Part shown: positions 28,001 through 34,077 of the stretch, piece by piece | Layout: every line of letters begins with the position of its first letter | Numbering within the stretch: the stretch's first letter is position 1 | Assembly: GCA_044348125.1 (NCBI GenBank) | Contig: JBIKTK010000001.1 | Coordinates: 1 to 34,142 of the forward strand | From: Flavobacteriales bacterium | GTDB lineage: Bacteria > Bacteroidota > Bacteroidia > Flavobacteriales_D > Sanyastnellaceae | Direction of reading: 5' to 3' | Length of the DNA stretch: 34,142 nt | Made by a program: the position numbers and the translations under genes | The notes under the pieces: model-generated | Told to the model about the DNA's origin: nothing | The model's input: the letters and a program-made list of their open reading frames with translations, nothing else | Database searches by the model: none

Positions 28001-28655
28001 CAGTGGGGTGCTGGTTCCCGAGCACACTCGCGGCCCGCCCCGCCCAGGTCGAGCCCGCCTGGGGCAGCACGATGGTGAAAGGCACACCCGCCGGATGCCC
28101 CCCCACGAGGTCCCGGGTGGGCGTGATGGTGACGCTGGTGTTGGGTTGGGTGGCCACGATGTCAAACCCCGCCGTCGAGCTGGGGTAGTTGTTTTGCATC
28201 AGGGTTTGGAACGGCGTGAAGAACTGCGTTCCCAGGGCGTTGGAACCCTTGAGCACGAAGATTTCAGGGTTGAAGTTGTTGGAGGGGCTGACCTCGTAGT
28301 AGGCGCTGATGGGGGAGGTAGAGACGATGCGGAGCCCCTTGTTAAGTACCTGATTGAAGGGTTGGTTCTCCACCATGCCCAGCCAAGCCGTCAGGTTGAT
28401 GGAGGCTGCGGCATTCGCAGCGATGTTCACCACCTGCGCCGGGAATGCGGGGTTCGCCGGTTGGGTCACGGTGACCGTCGCCGGCGCATCGAACGTGGCG
28501 AAGCGGAGCAGGACCGGGTTGTCGCCGTGGAGCGCAGTCACTTCGGGGGCAACAAACCAGAATTCGGTATCGGTTTGGCCTGCAGCAGTGTGCGAAAAGA
28601 AAACCAACAAGAGAAGACCGGTCGCCGCCGCCCAACGCTGCATGTCTTTCCTCAT
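25035..28655 (-). CDS. Giant secreted surface protein: conserved N-terminal beta-rich domain, Ig-like and Cys-rich repeats, T9SS type B (gliding-motility/CHU_C) C-terminal domain
   Basis: 1206 aa. A signal peptide is followed by QTDTEFWFVAPEV. Three Cys-bracketed Ig-like modules (for example YQWTGPAG...GMYYVTGSVGVCP) are followed by three G-x-W-S/T..C..CI modules. The C-terminus reads YAPNAFTPDMDGVNDAWRVE...FDRWGTEVF..., typical of gliding-motility-associated C-terminal domains. The start overlaps the upstream paralog's stop (ATGA). Confidence 0.85.
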   Translation of the reverse strand: MRKDMQRWAAATGLLLLVFFSHTAAGQTDTEFWFVAPEVTALHGDNPVLLRFATFDAPATVTVTQPANPAFPAQVVNIAANAAASINLTAWLGMVENQPFNQVLNKGLRIVSTSPISAYYEVSPSNNFNPEIFVLKGSNALGTQFFTPFQTLMQNNYPSSTAGFDIVATQPNTSVTITPTRDLVGGHPAGVPFTIVLPQAGSTWAGRAASVLGNQHPTGTLISASAPVAVTISDDSVQGTPFNGTCLDINGDQLVPVSLVGDQYIAVRGYLNTSTDRVYIVATSNATQVSINGFPVTTLNTGQGYEYVLSAAAAYITTSADVYVLHITGFGCEVGGALLPSVECTGSQSVAFVRSTSEFFAMNILVPTVGIGNFQFNGNAAQVPAGAFLPVPGTGGAWSYAQITGTGFVPTLAVSRLANTSTPFHLGIINGGSTSGCRYGYFSDYAAYQHETSTSFIATCANEAFALQAEPLPGATYQWTGPAGFAAGGNPVQVAAGAPGGMYYVTGSVGVCPIAPDSVEVDLVPVPEAPDLAGPGVWCQGLGDWIETGVTADAGGYAWSGTGVAPGSNAGSDSLWVVPGVAPVAYGLAVTVAGCTSPVTTLVVTPVPLYQVVLPPGPLAVCLGAGAELEVPAGAPAGADWTWNWGVGGPGGTGGGGGGSAGGPLLSWNEVEESDAGWVLLSGEAGGCAFAPDSLLLDVLVPVAPELELPEVICTDQGAIALQANVPGTWSIPCNGCIDAATGLFTPASLQAGTFPVTFVTTPPCPLTATGTLTVGAPVDAGFTAPATVCVGVGEVVLTPLAPGGLWTANCGGCIDDQGVFDAGEAGPGVWGLAYTQPGLCPTESTVDLLVTPNTSSDFDAPSTLCIDAEVAGLSPAVGGGLWSADCGPCITVGGGFNPSLAGAGQHLVTYTVPGICGSATTQPIAVQALPEVTLSLPTTEGCAPLLVDVTASTTAGGPSGNSWTGGMDIDPVGNPGGGLSISGLNPGPVVLSDPGCYTWVAWAITPAGCLGTASAPSPVCVFPQPSSGFTTSPAEPSLFAPDVLAEALLTDPADTHTWLLEQTAEGEGISFEFNALSVGASPFELCLRVVSPDGCVSQACKSIAVNEGWVTYAPNAFTPDMDGVNDAWRVEVAGEIERFDLRVFDRWGTEVFATQDPNEYWVGEVQDGAYFAPAALYAWRAEIAGRDARGATVVRVMSGHVSLVR

Positions 28656-31600
28656 CGCACAACCGTCAATGTGCCCACCAATGGAACAGGACCCGGTTGG
28701 GTGATTTCGCGGAATCCGTCGGCATCGGAGATGAACAGCACGCCATCGGTGCGCGCCACGATGATCTCGTAGAAATAGGTGCCTTCGGCGGCATCATCCG
28801 CACCCGGTGCCCAGCCGGGCGAGGTGCCGAACGCATCCGAACGGAAGACTTCACCGCCCCAGCGGTTGTAGATGCGGCAGGTGCTTCCGGGGAAGCGGTC
28901 CATGCCGGGCACCTCGAACACTTCGTTGCTGTCGTCGCCGTTGGGCGAGATGACGTTGGGCACGAGGAGTTCGCAGACGATGGTCTCCACCCGGTATGCA
29001 CCTTGCGCGGTTCGGTTGCAAGGGGCGCCGGTGGCCATCAGCACGGTGTACACGCCGTCGTTGCCGGCAGCGGTGCCAGGACCCGTGGCCCACGGCGTGG
29101 TCGCTCCGCCGTCGAGGGACTGGTAGGTCCAGGTGTAGTTGTACCCGGGATCGAACACCTGCGGGGCCAAATCCATGGCCTCATCGGGACACCGGGGCCG
29201 GTCGATGGGCGCAAAATCCTCGAGCAGAATGGCCGGCAACGCAACGACTTCCACCTCACCCGTTCCCGGGGCGGAAGGGCAGCCATTGAGCAAGGCTACC
29301 ACCGAAAAAGTTCCATCTGCCAGCAAGGGGATGGCGTCGACGTCATAGGTCGTACCTGCCCAAGCGCCCAGTCCCGGGTGCGTCCAGGTGTAAGTGGCCC
29401 CGATGCCCGCCGCGCTGCCCGCCACAGCATAGATGTTCGCGGGCTCGCCTTCGCAATACGTTCCAAGCCCCATGATCACGGGGATGGGGGGCGTCGGGTT
29501 CACCGTGAGGTCCAGCGCGTCCGTGGCGGTGGGGCAGCCATCGACCACCCCGGAGAGCGTCCAGACCCCGTCATGCTGCGCCGGTTGGGCGTTCACCAGG
29601 GTGAAGTTGGTCCCCTGCGTGGTCACGCCGTTGGGTGCAGTCCAAACCCATTCCCCCCCAGCGGGTCCCGAAGCGCTCCAGCTCATCCCTTCGCCCTGGC
29701 ACAGGGTGGCCGCAGCCATCCCATTCCCGCCCGGGCCCAAGATGCTGACAGCGGCCAGGGGTACCACCACCAATTCGCCGGTGGCCGCAGGCGAGACGCA
29801 GCCGTTCGGTGAGGTCACCGTAACACTGTACGTTCCACCATCCTCCGACGGATCCGCCCCGGCGATGGGCCAACCGGCACCGGTCCCCAAGAGGTTCCCG
29901 TCCGGACCGTACCACGACACCGTCCCCAGGTCCGCCGACCCTCCGGCCAACAGCACCCCATCGGTCCCCGCACACAACACCGGCAAGTCCAAGGCCGGCG
30001 GTGCCGGCAGTGGCTCCACGTCCACCCAAACCGAATCCGCCCCCAGCGGGCACCCCGCTGCCACCCCCCCGAGTACGTACCATCCCGGCACCGCGGCCCC
30101 CACCGACCAAGTCTCCCCCCCCGGACCGGGACCCCCCGGACCCACCCAGGCGAGCGCCGCCCCTGCCGGGCCGGTCCCCGCCAGTTCCACCCCCGCTCCT
30201 GCGCACACCCCAATCTCCTCCGGTACGATCAGGGCCTCCGCATGCGGAACCACCTCGACCGTGGCCGTCCCCGGCTCCGACAGGCAGCCGTGGTCACTCA
30301 GCACCAACTGAAACACGCCCGCATCGTCGGCCGCCACATCCGCCACCGTCAACGTGGACCCCCCCGGCATCGGTCCATTGGGCCCCGACCAGAGGTACTG
30401 TACCATCCCCGCGTCCCCCGTCGTCAAGACCAAATCCTCCCCCTCACAAAGCACCCCCGGGGCCGCAATGGCCGGCGGCTCCGGCACCGCATAAACGAAC
30501 AAGTCCAAAGAATCCGACTCGATGGGGCACGTGCCGAAAGATCCCGACACCACATACGTTCCCACGTCCGTCAAGTCCACCGCACCCAAGTCCAGGGGAT
30601 TCCCCGCTCCGAGGGGGCCGTTGGGTCCCGTCCATTCATACGAGGCCCCCGGAATCGTATTCGCGGCCAGCGTGAGACCATCCCCGACACACAGGGTGTT
30701 GTCCGTGACGATGGCCGTGTACTGACGTTCCGCATAGTTGCTGAAGTACCCATAACGCGTTCCCGAACTGGCCCCACCGTGCACGATGCCCAAGTGAAAG
30801 AACGAGGTGCTGTTCACGATGCGCGAAGCCTGCAGCACCCCTGCAAACGCCGATGCCACGATGTTCGCGTACTTCCAAGCCCCAGCCGTTCCCGGCACCG
30901 TCACAAAACTGGACGCGGGGATCGTTGCAGCATTTCCGTTGAAGGTGAAATCGTCCTCCCCGCCCGTGGGCACCAAAATCTTCAACCCGAGGAACTCGTT
31001 CGTGGACCGGACAAAAACCACCTCCTGCGATCCCGTGCAGTCGATCGGCGGCAAGATGGCCCCACCCACCTCACAACCGAAGCCCGTGATGTGCAGCACG
31101 CACACCGGCTTGCTGGCTGTGTAATACGCGACCGCTGCACTGAGCTGGTGCGAGTAAGCCGTCCCGACCTGGGCCAAGGTGCCCACTTGCACCCCGTTCA
31201 CATAGATGACCGTGTTGGGCTCGGTGGCCACCAGAAACACCCGGTCCGGTCCATTGAGGTCGCCCTTGATGGCGATGTACTCCATTCCGACCACATTCAC
31301 CGGGACGAGCTGGTCGCCTGCGATGTCAGCACAACCTCCGTAGGGGGTGCCGTTCAGCGAATCGTCGCTCATGGTCACCGCGATGGGCTGATTGGAGGTG
31401 ATGAGGGTGCCAGAAGGGTGGTCGTTGGTTCCTACGTTGATGGCGCGGCCGGACCAGGTTTGGCCTGCATTCAGCGTGATCGTGAACGGCACGTTCGCCG
31501 CGTGGCCCACAATGGCTTTCTTGGGCGTGATGGTGACCTGGGTGTTGTTCACCGTGGCCACAATGTCGAAGCTGGCGGGCGACTGGGTGTAAGCGTTGGT

Positions 31601-32086
31601 GAGGTAGGTCTGGAAGGGGACTACAAAGTTGGTTCCCAGTGCGTTATCGCCTTTCAGAACGAAGATATCCGGGTTCAGGTTGTTCGAGGGATTCACCTCG
31701 TAGTAGGCCTGGATCAGGGACGTGGAGGTGATCTTCAAGCCCAAATTCAGTACCGAATTGGCGGGTTTGTTTTCCACGAGGTTGAGCCAAGGGCCGAGGT
31801 TCAAGCTCTGTGCAGAATTCGCAGGGATATTCAGGGTCTGAACGGGAAAGGCGGGGTTCGCAGGCTGGTTCACGGTCACCACGGCGGCCTGCCCGAAGGT
31901 GGCAAAGCGCAGCAGGGCAGGGGAGTCCCCGTGGCCAGCCCAAACCTCAGGCGCCACGAACCAGAACTCGGTGTCCGCCTGTCCCCACGCGACCGACCCT
32001 CCTCCCACGACCCCTCCCCAGAGGCATCCCAGCACCCCCAGCCACCCCGCCACAGCCGGCAACCAACCCCCTTTGATACTGCCCAT
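28652..32086 (-). CDS. Paralogous giant secreted surface protein: same N-terminal domain, about 6-7 Ig-like repeats, T9SS type B C-terminal domain
   Basis: The N-terminal roughly 460 aa align by eye with the downstream paralog at about half or more identity (QADTEFWFVAPEV..., VLHITGFGCEVGGA, RYGYFSNYA). The C-terminus reads LLVPNVISPNGDDSNEVFEVPG...IYNRWGGEVF. I place the start at ATG 32086 (MGSIKGGWLPAVAGW...); the track ORF extends to 32122. Confidence 0.85.
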   Translation of the reverse strand: MGSIKGGWLPAVAGWLGVLGCLWGGVVGGGSVAWGQADTEFWFVAPEVWAGHGDSPALLRFATFGQAAVVTVNQPANPAFPVQTLNIPANSAQSLNLGPWLNLVENKPANSVLNLGLKITSTSLIQAYYEVNPSNNLNPDIFVLKGDNALGTNFVVPFQTYLTNAYTQSPASFDIVATVNNTQVTITPKKAIVGHAANVPFTITLNAGQTWSGRAINVGTNDHPSGTLITSNQPIAVTMSDDSLNGTPYGGCADIAGDQLVPVNVVGMEYIAIKGDLNGPDRVFLVATEPNTVIYVNGVQVGTLAQVGTAYSHQLSAAVAYYTASKPVCVLHITGFGCEVGGAILPPIDCTGSQEVVFVRSTNEFLGLKILVPTGGEDDFTFNGNAATIPASSFVTVPGTAGAWKYANIVASAFAGVLQASRIVNSTSFFHLGIVHGGASSGTRYGYFSNYAERQYTAIVTDNTLCVGDGLTLAANTIPGASYEWTGPNGPLGAGNPLDLGAVDLTDVGTYVVSGSFGTCPIESDSLDLFVYAVPEPPAIAAPGVLCEGEDLVLTTGDAGMVQYLWSGPNGPMPGGSTLTVADVAADDAGVFQLVLSDHGCLSEPGTATVEVVPHAEALIVPEEIGVCAGAGVELAGTGPAGAALAWVGPGGPGPGGETWSVGAAVPGWYVLGGVAAGCPLGADSVWVDVEPLPAPPALDLPVLCAGTDGVLLAGGSADLGTVSWYGPDGNLLGTGAGWPIAGADPSEDGGTYSVTVTSPNGCVSPAATGELVVVPLAAVSILGPGGNGMAAATLCQGEGMSWSASGPAGGEWVWTAPNGVTTQGTNFTLVNAQPAQHDGVWTLSGVVDGCPTATDALDLTVNPTPPIPVIMGLGTYCEGEPANIYAVAGSAAGIGATYTWTHPGLGAWAGTTYDVDAIPLLADGTFSVVALLNGCPSAPGTGEVEVVALPAILLEDFAPIDRPRCPDEAMDLAPQVFDPGYNYTWTYQSLDGGATTPWATGPGTAAGNDGVYTVLMATGAPCNRTAQGAYRVETIVCELLVPNVISPNGDDSNEVFEVPGMDRFPGSTCRIYNRWGGEVFRSDAFGTSPGWAPGADDAAEGTYFYEIIVARTDGVLFISDADGFREITQPGPVPLVGTLTVVR

Positions 32087-32237
32087 GTTCAGTTCGCTTG
32101 CATCCATCGGTCGAAAATACATACCATCTCAAGACGCTCAACATGGCCCGGGGGTTGTTTGGGGCTTCCTGATGGAATGCGTATCTTCGCGCCCCCTCAG
32201 GGAACTTCGGTGCCACCGGGCCCCGTTTCCCCCACCC

Positions 32238-32324
32238 GGAGAGGTGCCAGAGTGGTCGAATGGGCCTGACTCGAAATCAGGTGTACTCGCAAGGGTACCG
32301 GGGGTTCGAATCCCTCCCTCTCCG
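32238..32324 (+). tRNA. tRNA-Ser (anticodon CGA), class II with a long variable arm; no encoded CCA
   Basis: Manual cloverleaf folding. Acceptor ggagagg pairs with cctctcc. The D stem is cca/tgg with loop gagtggtcgaa. The anticodon stem is cctga/tcagg with loop ctCGAaa. The variable arm is 18 nt. The T arm is ggggg-ttcgaat-ccctc. The discriminator base is g. Confidence 0.93.
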
Positions 32325-32334
32325 CGAAAACCTG

Positions 32335-32366
32335 AAAAAGCCGGTGCAATCGCACCGGCTTTTTTG
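32335..32366 (+). terminator. Rho-independent terminator after tRNA-Ser
   Basis: The stem pairs gccggtgc (32340..32347) with gcaccggc (32352..32359) around loop aatc, followed by a T6 run. A preceding A5 tract makes it potentially bidirectional. Confidence 0.7.
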
Positions 32367-32410
32367 CTTTCGGAGACGGATGAAGTCCACTTCAAGCCGT
32401 CACCGGAAGC

Positions 32411-32444
32411 AAAAAAGCGGCGGCCGCCGGCCGCCAAGCTTTTT
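32411..32444 (-). terminator. Rho-independent terminator for the hipBST-like operon (minus strand)
   Basis: The stem pairs ggcggcc (32419..32425) with ggccgcc (32429..32435) around a 3-nt loop. On the minus strand it is followed by gcttttttgc. It lies about 70 nt downstream of the hipT-like stop. Confidence 0.55.
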
Positions 32445-32505
32445 CAGGTTTTCTAGCCCCCCTTCGGGATCACGAGCGCTAGCGAGTAACCCCGATCTCT
32501 CCGCT

Positions 32506-33453
32506 TTACAAGTCCAGTTTCTTGTATCGCTCGGTCAAGACATCTTTGTAAGCCGCTTTCATTTCCTCCGACAGAAAGGATTGATCGATCCAGTGGGATG
32601 CCTTTTGCTTGTTTTTGAGCATTCGGTTGAAAGTTCCCTTGATTTGTTTGGAGGTGAGGTCCAAACCTTCGCCCAACTGCTCAAAATGTTCCCGGCTTAG
32701 TTTGTTTTTCTTGCCAGCCAGCGTTAAAGCAACCTCCTCCTTATCCTCTGGCAAAACAATGGCTACGTTCAACAAATCATAAGCAGGGGCGAGCCCCCAG
32801 CCAGACGGAGTTTCTATCATAGAGAAGTTCTTGAGGTGCATATCATTATTGCCTACCAGAAATGAAAACACAGCCAGGTCGAAGAAATAGGTCTTGTCCA
32901 GCAAAGTATTGCTCGAATAAGCATCCAGTGCCTTACCCACTTTCTCCATGGAACTCTTGTATTTATCAGCTGCTTCAGTAATCTGAAACATATCGAGCAT
33001 GTGAACTTTTTCACCTGCTTCCGTGCGATCTATCCGCTTGGTCAGGTAGGATCGCTCTCCAGAAGCCAATCGAATGAGGGAAGAAGGCACAGTAGGTATT
33101 CCAAAAGCTTCTGCCATTCGCATGGTGAGATGCTCATTTTCTGGCATTTCCGGAAATCGGTCAGAAGGAGGTTTGAAAATGTAGTGACCGCCCAATGCGC
33201 CCACTATGGTAAGTCTGGAATCTGCCTGATGGGTTGATGCTGCAACCAGTGACATGGATAACTTGGGTTGGACACCGGGAACCGCCACGCTTCGCTCCAC
33301 CACGTTTTTTGCGAGTTCATCCATTTCATCCAGTGAATATTCTATTGTGGGCGGTGTTGGTGTTCCAAAAATCTCCAAAGAGCATTTTTTATGAAAGTCA
33401 TTTCCCCCCTGAGTGGGATCATAGCAGTACAGGCATCTATTCTCCATCTTCAT
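32506..33453 (-). CDS. hipT: HipT-like serine/threonine kinase toxin (HipA kinase core without the N-terminal subdomain)
   Basis: Has a Gly-rich loop (VPGVQPKLS), a catalytic loop (VGNNDMHLKNFS) and a Mg-binding segment (LAPAYDLLN), matching HipA D309/D332-type motifs. ATG candidates are at 33453 and 33447; the track start 33471 is a GTG. Overlaps the upstream hipS-like ORF by 11-17 nt. About 45% GC. Confidence 0.8.
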   Translation of the reverse strand: MKMENRCLYCYDPTQGGNDFHKKCSLEIFGTPTPPTIEYSLDEMDELAKNVVERSVAVPGVQPKLSMSLVAASTHQADSRLTIVGALGGHYIFKPPSDRFPEMPENEHLTMRMAEAFGIPTVPSSLIRLASGERSYLTKRIDRTEAGEKVHMLDMFQITEAADKYKSSMEKVGKALDAYSSNTLLDKTYFFDLAVFSFLVGNNDMHLKNFSMIETPSGWGLAPAYDLLNVAIVLPEDKEEVALTLAGKKNKLSREHFEQLGEGLDLTSKQIKGTFNRMLKNKQKASHWIDQSFLSEEMKAAYKDVLTERYKKLDL

Positions 33454-33772
33454 TGCGTATGGGTTCAACACTCACCGCACCAATGCAATTCTGGCAACAA
33501 GCCAGGAGCAAACCCATGCGATCATTCTTATTGATTTTCCAGCTTTTTGATGCGATATCCAGCAGCCATCCTTCTGGAATCAATCCTTCAAAAAAGGGGA
33601 AGAGTCTTTTGTCTTTATAGGGTTCTGAAGCAACCGGCATTGTGAAGGTCACAAAGTCATTGGGATGCTGATCAACGTATTGTGCGTAGTACTGAAATAC
33701 ATATTCTCCATCATCGGTTTCCGTTAAGATACCCGCCAACACACCCTTGTAAAGCACTTTTCCCTGTCTCAT
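33437..33772 (-). CDS. hipS: HipS-like protein (stand-alone HipA N-terminal subdomain; antitoxin in HipBST systems)
   Basis: 111 aa: MRQGKVLYKGVLAGILTETDDGEYVFQY...FPFFEGLIPEGWLLD...GAVSV. This resembles the HipA N-terminal domain. It has a 4-nt ATGA overlap with the upstream HTH gene. Confidence 0.75.
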   Translation of the reverse strand: MRQGKVLYKGVLAGILTETDDGEYVFQYYAQYVDQHPNDFVTFTMPVASEPYKDKRLFPFFEGLIPEGWLLDIASKSWKINKNDRMGLLLACCQNCIGAVSVEPIRNEDGE

Positions 33773-33978
33773 TCCATTCGTTCTTTGCTGTTCACAGGGG
33801 CCAGTTCATGGCCAAACATTTTGAGAACCAGGTTGACCTTCTCCATATTGAGGTTGGTTTTTCCCTGTTCTATTTTGCGCAACACAGTAAGGGCCACTCC
33901 AGCTCGTTCGGCAAACTCCTCCTGAGTGAGATTAACTTCTCTTCTGCGCTGCTTAACAAATTCAGCTAAGTTCGTCAT
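33769..33978 (-). CDS. hipB: HipB-like XRE-family helix-turn-helix transcriptional regulator
   Basis: 69 aa. LTQEEFAERAGVALTVLRKIEQGKTN is a classic Cro/C1 HTH. It is the first gene of the three-gene cassette. Confidence 0.8.
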   Translation of the reverse strand: MTNLAEFVKQRRREVNLTQEEFAERAGVALTVLRKIEQGKTNLNMEKVNLVLKMFGHELAPVNSKERME

Positions 33979-34077
33979 TATATGTTTAGAGGTATAATTG
34001 CATCCAAAGATACTAAATTATATGCGAAAAAATATAGCTTTTGACGAAAAGCCTCTTTTATATGCCCAAGCGTATAA
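33978..34077. promoter_or_regulatory. Three phased operator-like palindromes TTATA-N10-TATAA (33978..33997, 34018..34037, 34058..34077)
   Basis: The left half TTATATG is identical in all three copies. The right half is TATAA, TATAG and TATAA respectively. Spacing is exactly 40 bp start to start. Copy 1 abuts the hipB-like start codon. Confidence 0.5.
34005..34012 (-). promoter_or_regulatory. -7 box TATCTTTG (minus strand) for the hipBST-like operon
   Basis: Perfect TAnnTTTG match, 27 nt upstream of the hipB-like ATG, between operator-like palindromes 1 and 2. Confidence 0.45.

Larger units (their letters stand above)
32326..32453. repeat. 128-bp nested inverted-repeat element (two face-to-face terminator-like cassettes around a central hairpin)
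   Basis: The outer arm gaaaacctgaaaaagc (32326..32341) is the exact reverse complement of 32438..32453. The inner arm gcttttttgctttcgg (32358..32373) pairs with ccggaagcaaaaaagc (32403..32418) at 15/16, and the mismatch is a G-U pair on the plus strand. The central hairpin is gacgg-a-tgaag-tcca-cttca-ag-ccgtc. Confidence 0.8.

Noticed and set aside
32138-32700. ORFs 32138..32437 (-) and 32260..32700 (+) near the tRNA
   Set aside because: They run through the tRNA-Ser gene and the palindromic/terminator element. They have no coding signature or homology.
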